A stretch of DNA of 64,000 bases, from positions 1 through 64,000 of the forward strand of contig CBDFFH010000046.1 of the NCBI GenBank assembly GCA_965246715.1. Direction: 5' to 3'. The position numbers were made by a program, and so were the translations under genes. Shown here in pieces: positions 20,355 to 30,031 of this stretch (positions within the stretch are counted from its first letter, which is position 1; the number at the start of each line of letters is the position of its first letter). A model generated the notes under the pieces. It saw nothing but the letters and a program-made list of their open reading frames with translations, had not been told where the DNA came from and did no database searches. Origin of the DNA: Chamaesiphon sp. (GTDB lineage: Bacteria; Cyanobacteriota; Cyanobacteriia; Cyanobacteriales; Chamaesiphonaceae).

Positions 20355-21845
20355 CTACTTGCCAAATTTTGTAGTTAATGCAATTCGGGCTTGTTCGCGA
20401 TCGTCGAAATGGATTTTTTCAGTGCCCAAAATTTGATAATCTTCGTGTCCTTTCCCAGCGATTAGTACACCATCACCCGATCGAGCGATCGAGATGGCAT
20501 GAGCGATGGCGGTGGCGCGATCGGCAATTACTTCAACTCCTGTTGTCCGTTCGATTCCAGTTGCCACATCTTTGAGGATTAGCGCGGGATCTTCCGTACG
20601 CGGATTATCCGATGTTACCACTACTAGATCGGCAAGCTCGGCAGCAATTTTACCCATTTGTGGGCGTTTGGTGCGATCTCGATCGCCACCACAACCAAAT
20701 ACACAAATCACTCGACCCGTAATAAACGGACGAGCGGCGGTGAGTAAGCTTTCTAGGCTATCGGGGGTATGGGCATAATCGACGATCGCGGTAATATCTT
20801 GCTGAGGAGAAACTTGTACCCGTTCCATCCGTCCCGGCACACCAGGGAAACTTGATACTGCGGCCACGATCGCTTCTAAGCCCATGCCAAGGTGTAATGC
20901 AGTCCCGACCGCAGCCAAAAGATTTTCGAGGTTGTAGTCGCCCACTAGTGGCGAATCAAAGGCAATTTCGCCTTGAGGTGTATGCAATTTCCCGGTGACT
21001 CCGGTTTGCTTGTATTCCAAGTCGCTCGTCCACAGATCTGCCCTTGGATCGGTAGTACTGTAGCTCCAAACTTTGCCTGTGGGGATTTGACTAATCAATC
21101 TCTGTCCATACTCATCATCCAGATTGACGATCGCACGTCCGGTAAGATACTCAGGACTGAATAGTAAGGCCTTCGCCTGGAAATAATTTTCCATGTTCTC
21201 ATGGTAGTCCAAGTGATCCTGAGTGAGGTTGGTAAACACCCCGACCTCAAACGGACACCCCTTCACCCGTCCCTGTTCCAGCGCGTGGGAGCTGACTTCC
21301 ATCAACGCAACTTGACTGCCCGCACTCAAAGCTTGGGCGAGTTGCTGTTGTAAATCGACGGCAAAAGGTGTAGTATGAGTCGCTGTTTTTTGATAGCCTT
21401 GCCAGCGGGTGTAGAGGGTACCGAGCAAGGCTGTAGAGATATTGGCGCGTTCGAGGAGATATTCGATGATGTGTGTGGTGGTGGTTTTACCATTGGTTCC
21501 AGTCACGCCCACCATTTTCAGGGTATGAGCAGGATAATTATAAAACGCGCCAGCAAGTGCGGCGCAGGCGGCAACCATATCTGCGGCTGTCACCACACAA
21601 TTAGCGTCCGTAGGTGGGTGGATCGTTGCGGCGGCAGGCGAAATTATCGCTCCAATCGCTCCCGCTGCTATCGAACCTTGCCAAAATTCACCGCCATCGA
21701 CTCGCGTACCTGGCATGCCGATAAATAAATCCCCAGTAGTGCAGGTATGGGAATTAGTTTTTAAGCCAGTTACTTCTAAATCTAAATTTGGATGGTCGCT
21801 AGCAGACTGAATCTGGCTGTGGGCTAAGAGTTCGCGTAGTTTCAT
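20355..21845 (-). CDS. murE: UDP-MurNAc-tripeptide synthetase
   Basis: GVTGTNGKTT, MEVSSH, DHLDYH, DYAHTPD, SDNPR, GKGHE. Confidence 0.97.
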   Translation of the reverse strand: MKLRELLAHSQIQSASDHPNLDLEVTGLKTNSHTCTTGDLFIGMPGTRVDGGEFWQGSIAAGAIGAIISPAAATIHPPTDANCVVTAADMVAACAALAGAFYNYPAHTLKMVGVTGTNGKTTTTHIIEYLLERANISTALLGTLYTRWQGYQKTATHTTPFAVDLQQQLAQALSAGSQVALMEVSSHALEQGRVKGCPFEVGVFTNLTQDHLDYHENMENYFQAKALLFSPEYLTGRAIVNLDDEYGQRLISQIPTGKVWSYSTTDPRADLWTSDLEYKQTGVTGKLHTPQGEIAFDSPLVGDYNLENLLAAVGTALHLGMGLEAIVAAVSSFPGVPGRMERVQVSPQQDITAIVDYAHTPDSLESLLTAARPFITGRVICVFGCGGDRDRTKRPQMGKIAAELADLVVVTSDNPRTEDPALILKDVATGIERTTGVEVIADRATAIAHAISIARSGDGVLIAGKGHEDYQILGTEKIHFDDREQARIALTTKFGK

Positions 21846-21921
21846 AAGGATAGATGGTAAAGACGATACCGAGGCAACACGGCAAGCCGCGTACCAGGTA
21901 ACAAATCGGGCTTAAATATTG

Positions 21922-22188
21922 TTACCCATTTTCGATCGCATATTGCTGTAAAGTTTGCTGCACTTGGGCAACACTCGCGCGTGGAGAAAATCGCGGGATG
22001 AGTTTCTCGACTCCATCAACTGCCAAACATAATACAGGAATCTCGTATTGATAGCGCTCGAGCCACTCCGGATTGGTAGTAATTTCTCTAATTTCGAGCT
22101 GGAGCGCTAAGTCGGTAATTTGCTCCAACCTCTCTTGCAAGCCTTCACACAAGTGACAGCCTATTTTACTATATAAAATTAAATTCAT
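21922..22188 (-). CDS. glutaredoxin-like protein (DUF836 type)
   Basis: LYSKIGCHLC and YQYEIPVL; start ATG 22188. Confidence 0.85.
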   Translation of the reverse strand: MNLILYSKIGCHLCEGLQERLEQITDLALQLEIREITTNPEWLERYQYEIPVLCLAVDGVEKLIPRFSPRASVAQVQQTLQQYAIENG

Positions 22189-22335
22189 CGATCGTGCTAA
22201 AAAATTAATGATTGAGACTAAAATAATTACGATTTTAACAATCTTCTCAAATCGAATCTCAACGGCTTTGTTTCTGGAAGACTTATTCGAGTGTCGATGA
22301 TTTAAATACTTCAGCACAGATTCTCAATACTCTAA

Positions 22336-22617
22336 TCAATTAGAGACTCCATAAGCTAAATCGATTAGTACCCGCGCGACACGATTGATTCCCGCCATTC
22401 TATCTAAAAAATAAATTGGCGCGGTTTTATCCAATGTCTCATTCGGTGTATTCAACCAATCTTCAACAAGATTTTCATCCCCTTTAAAAATCGCTCTTGC
22501 CATTGCCAAAACCTTATTGTCTATAGCCAGTTCTAATTTCAAAATATCTTCTTGCGGCAGATTATCTGGCTTTGGCTGCGAATTTAGTTTAAGGAGTAGA
22601 CTACTTGCTGTTATCAT
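22336..22617 (-). CDS. Xre/MbcA/ParS antitoxin C-terminal-domain protein
   Basis: A..IF.GDE....WL.TPN..L...AP..FL....G...V..VL..L.YGV pattern. Confidence 0.7.
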   Translation of the reverse strand: MITASSLLLKLNSQPKPDNLPQEDILKLELAIDNKVLAMARAIFKGDENLVEDWLNTPNETLDKTAPIYFLDRMAGINRVARVLIDLAYGVSN

Positions 22618-22769
22618 GGCGATCGGATTGCGGGATGCGTTCTTGTAATACGCTCTAGATTATATTATACCAACTGGGATCTGTGAGCGATTTGGCGATC
22701 GATATTCATTAGCCTATGGTTAAAATACTCTAACTTTTGGCTAGCAAGCTCTGCCTCGATCGAAAAAAA

Positions 22770-23903
22770 CTAACTCATTCTTTGATGACTATCGACTTCG
22801 GATGACTGCTCGATAATTGTCGTCGAAACCATTGCTGCGACTAATTGTTCTGGCACGACGACAAAAGGCAACCGATGTAGATCGGAATCGGATTTACAGG
22901 CAAGATTTGCAGCATGGTGTAATTGCGAAAGGGTAATTTCACTCAAACCCAAATCTGCTAAAGTTTTCGGTAATCCGATCGAGGTATAGAAGTCAAGGAG
23001 CTGTTGTCTGGCTACTGCTGCTAACTTATTGCCTTGGAGCATTTCCTCTAGCCGCAATTGCACCAAGATCCCATAGGCCACTTTTTCGCCGTGTAAGGCG
23101 TGATGAGAGCCAGGAAGATGTGTGAGACCATTATGCACGGCATGGGCGGCTACAGTGCGACACTGGGCACCACCTAGCCCACCGATGACTCCCGCCAGGA
23201 GCACGGTGGCATCGACGACTTGTTGCCAGTCTTCGCCACTTGGATCTGCCAGCGCGCCGATCGATTTTTGAAATAAGATATCTCTGAGGACTCGCGCCTG
23301 TTGGACGGCGGCAATGAGTAGAGTTTGGGAGGAATGTCCGCTACTTACCGAAGCTTCATACCACTTAGCGATCGCATCGCCGATTCCGGCTACGAGCATT
23401 CGCTGTGGTGCTGTTGCGACGAGATCGTAATCGAGGATCAATAAATCGGGGCATTTTGGCAAACTGACATCGTGTAAGAAAGCACCATCTTCTGAATAAA
23501 TATTCGATAATGCTGTCCATGCCGCACATGTAGCTCCAGAAGTCGGAATCGTCACTACTGGCAACTGACAACGAGTGGCTAATAATTTTGCCGCATCCAA
23601 ACATTTACCACCGCCGACACCGATAATTAGATCGGCTTGATGCTCGGATACTGCTGTCTTGAGGCGATCGAGACTACTTTCACAACAGTCTGGAGTATAT
23701 CGAGATCGCTCGATCTCCAGTTCGGGACGATCGCATAATACTTGTAATTGCTTCAGAGCCAAACTTCGTTCCCCACTTATTAACAGCGGACGCTTGCCCA
23801 ATGCGACAATCTGCTCGATCGAATCATTAATCGCCTGTCGTCCCCGCACGACTCGTGCAGGCGCAATCATCAAGGAAATCACAGCAGGATGAGTACTTGT
23901 CAT
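22770..23903 (-). CDS. iron-containing alcohol dehydrogenase (glycerol dehydrogenase-like)
   Basis: GVGGGKCLDAAK, PTSGATCA, AGIGDA, AHAVHNG, LHGEKVA; ORF open to 23945. Confidence 0.9.
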   Translation of the reverse strand: MTSTHPAVISLMIAPARVVRGRQAINDSIEQIVALGKRPLLISGERSLALKQLQVLCDRPELEIERSRYTPDCCESSLDRLKTAVSEHQADLIIGVGGGKCLDAAKLLATRCQLPVVTIPTSGATCAAWTALSNIYSEDGAFLHDVSLPKCPDLLILDYDLVATAPQRMLVAGIGDAIAKWYEASVSSGHSSQTLLIAAVQQARVLRDILFQKSIGALADPSGEDWQQVVDATVLLAGVIGGLGGAQCRTVAAHAVHNGLTHLPGSHHALHGEKVAYGILVQLRLEEMLQGNKLAAVARQQLLDFYTSIGLPKTLADLGLSEITLSQLHHAANLACKSDSDLHRLPFVVVPEQLVAAMVSTTIIEQSSEVDSHQRMS

Positions 23904-24076
23904 GGAAATGGGGTAGATAAATGGATAGATAGCTCTAAGATCCATTTTAGCTATAATTCATAACTCATCATTTATAATTCATAATTCAGAAGACTGTTAC
24001 AGTTCTTGACGAGATGGCGATCGCGTTCGAGTGGAGTGGTACTATGCCCTAAAACCCTACTATAGGCAGCAGTTTT

Positions 24077-24496
24077 ATGGCAACAAAACTAACTGGCAAA
24101 ACCCCACTTTTTGGCGGTAGCACTGGCGGTTTACTCAGCAAAGCCGATGTGGAAGAAAAATACGGAATTACTTGGGCTAGTACCAAGGAGCAAGTATTTG
24201 AAATGCCTACTGGTGGCGCAGCAACAATGGTATCTGGGGACAACCTCTTATACTTGGCACGGAAAGAACAGTGTATGGCTCTTGGCGGTCAATTGCGGAC
24301 TAAATTCAAGATTACCAACTACCAAATCTACCGCGTCACGCCCAACGGCGATACCGCTTTACTCCATCCCAATGATGGTGTATTTCCGGAGAAAGTCAAC
24401 GAAGGACGCGGCCATGTTGGTAAAGTCGATCGCAACATCGGTAGCAACCCCGAGCCAGCGAAACTTAAATTCAGCGGTAAAAGAACCTACGACTAA
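24077..24496 (+). CDS. psaD: photosystem I subunit II
   Basis: [32 protein letters not shown]. Confidence 0.98.
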   Translation: MATKLTGKTPLFGGSTGGLLSKADVEEKYGITWASTKEQVFEMPTGGAATMVSGDNLLYLARKEQCMALGGQLRTKFKITNYQIYRVTPNGDTALLHPNDGVFPEKVNEGRGHVGKVDRNIGSNPEPAKLKFSGKRTYD

Positions 24497-24521
24497 GCTA
24501 GTTTGTTTGGCCTAATGTGAT

Positions 24522-24564
24522 AAATGAGGTAGTAACTCTAGGTTACTACCTCATTTGTTTTTTT
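24522..24564 (+). terminator. intrinsic terminator after psaD
   Basis: AAATGAGGTAGTAAC/GTTACTACCTCATTT stem followed by a T tract. Confidence 0.8.
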
Positions 24565-24758
24565 CAATATACAGTTAGTGGTTACCCACAAGTGATTCGC
24601 ACACGCTGTTGTTCCTCGAGGGAAAAGCGACCGCTGCCTAGCGGTGCCCAAGCTTCGAGACAAAGGACACCCTTACTGGATGGATAAACCACGAACTACT
24701 ATTCACGAAGGAATGAAAACTAAATAACTTGCAATTCCTCCTTTGGTAGGGGCTAAAT

Positions 24759-25460
24759 CTACAGTTCTTTGATGATTACTTTGTCGCCTTGAACTTCGCC
24801 AACCAAGACTAAATCGGTGACACCAACGAAAAGACCGTTTTCTAAAACGCCAGGAATATTGTTGAGTGTTTTTTCGAGTTCGGCTGGATTGGGAATCGAG
24901 TCAAATTTCACATCGACTACTAAGTTACCTTGATCGGTGACTACAGGCCCAGCTTTTTTTACACCCATCCGGAGTTGGGGTTTACCGCCTAATTTTTCGA
25001 TCGCGCGCATTACTGGAGTTACCGCCATCGGGATGACTTCGACGGGTACGAGGAATGTCGAACCCAGTTTATCTACTAATTTAGTATTATCGACCACCAC
25101 GATAAATTGTTCGGCGAGTGCATCAACGACTTTCTCTTGAGTATGCGCCGCACCACCGCCTTTAATCAGGTTTTTGTGAGGATCGACTTCATCCGCACCA
25201 TCGATCGCGATATCGATCCGATCGACTTCATCTAGAGTAGTTAAGGGGATACCGTATTGTTTGGCTAAAACTCTGGCTTGGAAGGAAGTAGGAATTCCTT
25301 TGACATTGGTAATCTCGCCAGCTGCGAGGCGTTTGCCGATATACTCGATCGCAAAGGCTGTCGTCGAACCCGTTCCTAAACCGACGATGGAGTTGGATTG
25401 TACCCGCGCGGCAGCGGCTTTACCAACTTCTTGTTTCATCAAATCTTGTGGTGTCGTCAT
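24759..25460 (-). CDS. rpiA: ribose-5-phosphate isomerase A
   Basis: GLGTGST, DGADEVD, KGGG. Confidence 0.97.
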   Translation of the reverse strand: MTTPQDLMKQEVGKAAAARVQSNSIVGLGTGSTTAFAIEYIGKRLAAGEITNVKGIPTSFQARVLAKQYGIPLTTLDEVDRIDIAIDGADEVDPHKNLIKGGGAAHTQEKVVDALAEQFIVVVDNTKLVDKLGSTFLVPVEVIPMAVTPVMRAIEKLGGKPQLRMGVKKAGPVVTDQGNLVVDVKFDSIPNPAELEKTLNNIPGVLENGLFVGVTDLVLVGEVQGDKVIIKEL

Positions 25461-25588
25461 TTTTTAAATCTTTTAGGTATCTTCGGCTACCACTCTATCA
25501 GTGAAGCAGTGACTCAGGCTAGTAGGGGTCGGCACCCCAACCCACACCACCCTGTCAAATACCCCATCCGGGAGGGGACTCTAGCCAA

Positions 25589-25626
25589 TTCAAAAGCCCA
25601 GCATGTGTTCATGCTGGGCTTTTGAA
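25589..25626 (-). terminator. terminator downstream of 6S RNA
   Basis: TTCAAAAGCCCAGCATG/CATGCTGGGCTTTTGAA hairpin. Confidence 0.75.
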
Positions 25627-25643
25627 AATTCCATCAAATTAAT

Positions 25644-25834
25644 CGGTCAACCACAACGCCGTCTTACCTCAGTTTATGACCTGGTTAAAACCAGGTGGGT
25701 ATCGGAAGCTCGTGCATATAGGTTTCTGGATACTTGTCCAGTTTACCGCCGCTAGAACTACATTGATTCCCGTATAAAAGTCAAGCATAGATCAAAAAAC
25801 GTTATTGGCAGTCACCAACGTCGCAGCCAGACCG
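25644..25834 (-). ncRNA. ssaA: 6S RNA
   Basis: Minus strand has cyanobacterial 6S blocks GGTGACTGCCAATAACG, GTAGTTCTAGCGGCGGTAAACTGGACAAGT and CCGATACCCACCTGGTTTTAACC; complementary ends; downstream of purK. Confidence 0.88.
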
Positions 25835-25911
25835 TTTCTATATTCTAAGGGAAAAATACTCGATCGGTCAACAGGGGTTCGGGGTTCGGGATTTATCTAG
25901 ATATCTGTAAG

Positions 25912-26304
25912 TAATTAACGTGAGTTCGGGATAAGGAAACTCGATTTGCTGCGTTCCAACACCGCCCTGAACTAGAAGTTCGGGCTAATAACAAAAGTTC
26001 TCTTCAGAGAACTGCATGTTTTTAATCAGTCCATTTCAATGGACTTTCACTATTAGCCCCAAATTCATTTGAGGGCGGTGCATAAACAAAGCTAGGAGCC
26101 ATTAAGCGAAAATCCTTAAACCGAACTCACGTTAATTATCGTTTGTTCGGGTTAAGGATATTGGCTGTGCACTAGCACCGCACTCGATTGAAATCGTTGC
26201 TAGTAGTGCGAAGTCCGCGAAGGCGGACTGAATATCATGAGCCGAGCCTACCCTTCGGGAACGCTTCGCGAAGGGTAGGCTCCTCTTATCCCGAACTCAG
26301 GTTA
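25912..26304. repeat. two adjacent MITE-like repeats of the GT(C/G)AGTTCGG-ended family
   Basis: 25912-26138 has a perfect 18-bp IR TAATTAACGTGAGTTCGG; 26140-26304 is a second copy with internal hairpins. Confidence 0.75.
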
Positions 26305-26305
26305 A

Positions 26306-27430
26306 TTATCGTTTATACCAGATTGCCTCTACCTGTTTTGCTAGAGCTTCAGCTTGCGATCGATCGTCTCGATCGAGCAAAATAGTTATATGTCCGAGTT
26401 TGCGGCCGATGCGGGATTGGGTTTTGCCATACCAATGGATGTAGGTGTTGGGGATAGTCGCAATCTGCTGACGCTGCGCGAGGTAATCGTTCTCGGTATC
26501 TTCATAACCCAACAAATTTATCATTACCGCACTACCACAGGTAAGTTCGGTACTTCCCAGGGGTAACCCTGCTACCGCACGGAGAATCTGTTCGAATTGG
26601 GATGTGGAGCAGGCTTCGATGGTGAGATGTCCGGAATTATGGGTACGTGGGGCAATTTCATTTACGAATACCTTGCCATCGGGAGTCGCGAATAACTCGA
26701 TCGCAAATAATCCAACCGTGTCTAGATTAACTAATAGCTGATGGGCAATGGACTCGCACACATCGCGAGTATTTGCAGATAAATCGTTTAAGGTGAATAC
26801 TCGCCGACAGACACTGTCTTCTTGCTGAGTCTCCAGCATCGGATAACTAACTATTTCACCAGTGACACCTCTAGCAACGATGATGGCTAGCTCGCGATCG
26901 AATGGGATAAATTCTTCAATCAGAAATGGCGTGTCGGGATAGCGATGATAGAGGCTTTGGAGCGCAGATTCATCCTTGATAATAAATGTCCCCTGTCCGT
27001 CGTAACCATTGCGTCTAGCTTTGATGACGACGGGGAAGGTGAAACCTGGGGGGAGTTGGGCTTGTACTAGTGCCGAAAACTTGGGAACGGGCAAACCGAG
27101 ATCTTGGAGATAACAGCGTTGAGTATATTTATCGAGTAAAGGTGCTAAAGCTGCGAGCGAAGGATAAAAACGAACGCCTGTGGATGCTAATTTTTCCAAC
27201 CCGGCTAAATCGACAAACTCATTTTCAAAGGTAATTACGTCGCATTTAGCTGCGAGCATGGCTGTAGCGGCGACGTTATCCACAGCGGCGAAAACATTTG
27301 CAGCAGCCAATTTTACAGCTACATCTGTTTCATGCGGAGTCTGGATTACCAATTCTAGCTCCAAATCTATTGCAGCACTAGCCATCATCCAGGCTAGTTG
27401 TCCGCCGCCAATTACGCCAATTCGGTTCAT
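26306..27430 (-). CDS. purK: N5-CAIR synthase
   Basis: GGGQLAWM, ITFENE, GYDGQG, NEIAPRTHNSGH, RKLGHIT. Confidence 0.96.
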   Translation of the reverse strand: MNRIGVIGGGQLAWMMASAAIDLELELVIQTPHETDVAVKLAAANVFAAVDNVAATAMLAAKCDVITFENEFVDLAGLEKLASTGVRFYPSLAALAPLLDKYTQRCYLQDLGLPVPKFSALVQAQLPPGFTFPVVIKARRNGYDGQGTFIIKDESALQSLYHRYPDTPFLIEEFIPFDRELAIIVARGVTGEIVSYPMLETQQEDSVCRRVFTLNDLSANTRDVCESIAHQLLVNLDTVGLFAIELFATPDGKVFVNEIAPRTHNSGHLTIEACSTSQFEQILRAVAGLPLGSTELTCGSAVMINLLGYEDTENDYLAQRQQIATIPNTYIHWYGKTQSRIGRKLGHITILLDRDDRSQAEALAKQVEAIWYKR

Positions 27431-27518
27431 AAAAAATACATGAGAGTTGGGATTCGCTGTTGATAAGTATTCGATCGAATATTATAGTCGCTGGTTGAGG
27501 GTAGAGGGCTGTTAATTA

Positions 27519-27653
27519 GGGAGCGTGTCACTTTTGCAGATCTGGACAAATGCACAAATGTGAAATCAGGAATGTAGACACTGCAAAAGCTCTATCGATT
27601 ATGGTATTTGAGTCGATGAGTATTTATACTCATCGCAAAAGTGACACGCTCCC
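27519..27653. mobile_element. 135-bp MITE
   Basis: Perfect 19-bp TIR GGGAGCGTGTCACTTTTGC; 8-bp target duplication GTTAATTA at 27511-27518 and 27654-27661. Confidence 0.9.
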
Positions 27654-27663
27654 GTTAATTAGC

Positions 27664-27743
27664 GTAGATCTGAGGGTACCCACAAGGGGCACCCCTACGG
27701 GAAAATTAGGTAGGGGTGCCCCTTGTGGGTACCCTAGATCTAC
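27664..27743. repeat. REP doublet hairpin
   Basis: GTAGATCT-GAGGGTACCCACAAGGGGCACCCCTAC and its inverse; partial copies near 20289 and 51312. Confidence 0.7.
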
Positions 27744-28684
27744 TAAATTAGCACTTCCTTCGTAGTCTTAAAGTGGAGCTTAGCAACTTCTCCCAAACTC
27801 TCAATTCCATGTGCTGCAACTAACTGTTTAGCGATCGAGATCGCTGCCCGAGAGGAACCTTTTGGCAGATCTATTCGATACTGTTTGCCAAGCTTCCGGA
27901 GACTACTAATAAACCGATCCTTCGCTAAAATTGAAGCTGCCTCGATCGCGATATGATTCTCAGCTCGACGATCTTGCACGATCTTCAATTCTCTATTTTT
28001 ACTTTGGAGTTGTTCGAGTAAGAGCGTTTCATCAACAAACTTATCAACGATCGCTGTTTCACATCTGACTTTTGATAACAGCTCATCGATCGAGCCAACA
28101 TACGCCCCAGTTATGAGATCGTTGAGCGGTCTATTTTCGGTTTCGAGATTGTTATATAACTGGTTATATTCCGTCGGCAATATTTCGACAACAACGAACT
28201 TACCCTGGCAAATTCTGCGAATTTCTCTAGCAACTACCTCAATTTTTGTATCGCCTAGAATCTTACTATCTTTTACACCTGCGATCGCGAGCTGAGTTGC
28301 AGTTTTGCGATCTACATATACGCCAGCGACAACCAAACAACCAAAATAATCAGCTTTCCCAGCCAGATTGCAGCCAATCGCTGGTAATAATGTTTGTTTG
28401 CTAGCAGCAAGAGATTTTGACTTTTTCTGAAGAGTATTTTTTTTAGCTTCAGCCAAACTCTTGACCAGTAGCGAATACTTACTTTTATCTAATTGAGAGA
28501 AGTCAACGATTACATTGCCTTCTTCATACTGATAAATTTTGATACTCCCAGACCAACCATCTTTTTGAATGAAAAATTGCAAGCCGCGATCGATTTGCTT
28601 ATATTCAGAAATTACAAACTTACTCGGTGAAAGTAAATAGTAAAGTTCTTCGTGCTTGGCGATCGCATAATCGATCTCATTCAT
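27743..28684 (-). CDS. rnhC: ribonuclease HIII homologue with degenerate active-site motif
   Basis: GK.DYFG.LVVAGV, VKDSK.L.D, AASILA, LPKG, VAKLHFKT; the DE pair reads NL. Confidence 0.8.
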   Translation of the reverse strand: MNEIDYAIAKHEELYYLLSPSKFVISEYKQIDRGLQFFIQKDGWSGSIKIYQYEEGNVIVDFSQLDKSKYSLLVKSLAEAKKNTLQKKSKSLAASKQTLLPAIGCNLAGKADYFGCLVVAGVYVDRKTATQLAIAGVKDSKILGDTKIEVVAREIRRICQGKFVVVEILPTEYNQLYNNLETENRPLNDLITGAYVGSIDELLSKVRCETAIVDKFVDETLLLEQLQSKNRELKIVQDRRAENHIAIEAASILAKDRFISSLRKLGKQYRIDLPKGSSRAAISIAKQLVAAHGIESLGEVAKLHFKTTKEVLI

Positions 28685-28722
28685 ATATCCCCATTATTAT
28701 TTTGCGTGAATAAGCCTAAGAC

Positions 28723-29217
28723 CTATTTACAGGCAAGAGAATCGCGAGTAGCTACCCCAGTTTTAGAATTGACCCCATCAGCAATTTCACACAGTTCTTT
28801 CTGCTGCAACTTACCTAAAATTGCATCAGTGAAATCAGCACCCTGAATATTCACATCTTTAAAAGTCGATCGTAACATCATCGCTTCAAAGAATACTGCA
28901 TCGCTCAAATCCGTACCGATAAATCGTACTTGATCGACTAGTCCTTGGGTCATGTTCGCCCCATGGAAATTTGTGCCCTTCAAAACTAACGAACTCAGCA
29001 CCGATCCGGTAAGGTCCGCACCAGAAAAATTTGTATTATCTAAATTAGCACTAGTAAACTCGGCTGTCTGTAAATTCTTGCCGGAAAAATCTTCGCCAGC
29101 TAATTGAGCGCCGGAATAGGAGAGCGTGGGATTGTACGAAGAAGTTCCGCCAGCCGCCATCGCGTTACCAGGGAAGGATAAAATAAAAGCAAGGATTAGC
29201 GCGATAATAGTAGGCAT
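28723..29217 (-). CDS. exported pentapeptide-repeat protein
   Basis: Signal peptide, A(D/N)L/F repeats, C-terminal LC..A.GVN..TGV.TRDSL.C. Confidence 0.9.
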   Translation of the reverse strand: MPTIIALILAFILSFPGNAMAAGGTSSYNPTLSYSGAQLAGEDFSGKNLQTAEFTSANLDNTNFSGADLTGSVLSSLVLKGTNFHGANMTQGLVDQVRFIGTDLSDAVFFEAMMLRSTFKDVNIQGADFTDAILGKLQQKELCEIADGVNSKTGVATRDSLACK

Positions 29218-29468
29218 ATTTTCCAGTTAACAGTTAGTAGCCAAGATTGCGCGTTGTCTCATCCTGCTCGATCGAACTCAGATCGGTCAGTCGCATCAAT
29301 TCTCAACCTGCACAGTTTATCGCAAAACATCGGCTCGGTGGTAGTGACAGTCCACAAGCGTCGATTCAGTGAGGGCGGTTTGGCTCAAATCTATGGAGTA
29401 GCATGGATAATCGATCGTTAGCGTAAGTCGGCCTCTTTCGATAAATAATTACTAGTCTTACCGACACC

Positions 29469-29825
29469 ATGTTCAAATTACTGCTTAATTGGGTACTCAA
29501 TGCGATCGCGTTTTTGATTACACAGCGAATCATCGACCAGATTTTGCCAGGACATCAGTTTCAGCTCCGGAGTTTTGCTGCGGCAGCAATTGCAGCTTTA
29601 ACGTTAGGATTGATTAATGCCACAGTGCGCCCAATCCTGAAGTTGCTCACCTTCCCGTTGACAATCCTGACACTGGGACTGTCTTCCTTCGCCATCAACG
29701 TTCTGTGTCTGATGTTTGTTGCTTGGCTGATTCCTGGATTTTTCCTCGCAGGCATCGCCCCGGCAATCGTCGGTTCGATCGTGCTCTCGATCGTTTCAAC
29801 ATTACTACATTGGGTATTTAATTAG
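29469..29825 (+). CDS. phage-holin-family (YvlD-type) 4-TM membrane protein
   Basis: GLINATVRPILKLLTFPLTILTLGL. Confidence 0.85.
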   Translation: MFKLLLNWVLNAIAFLITQRIIDQILPGHQFQLRSFAAAAIAALTLGLINATVRPILKLLTFPLTILTLGLSSFAINVLCLMFVAWLIPGFFLAGIAPAIVGSIVLSIVSTLLHWVFN

Positions 29826-30031
29826 GAGTTATCGATCGCACAACACAGTTAGCGATTGACAACCCTAGCCGTGTTCGGAGATTACCCCCAAAAGATACTC
29901 CAGATTATGCGATTTCCGTTCGAGTCGATGTTGGGTAACTGCGTTCGATTCTATTAAAATTACTCTAGCCCCGATTTGCAGATAATTACTAAATTATTTC
30001 AACTCAAGCTTTTAACCGTTGGGAGAAAAAA

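Noticed and set aside
24574..24695. Structured RNA between psaD and rpiA
   Set aside because: Imperfect terminal inverted repeats and an internal hairpin fit a decayed MITE; no RNA family recognised.
29469..29825. Holin as evidence of a prophage
   Set aside because: YvlD-type proteins are common chromosomal genes, and the neighbours are housekeeping.
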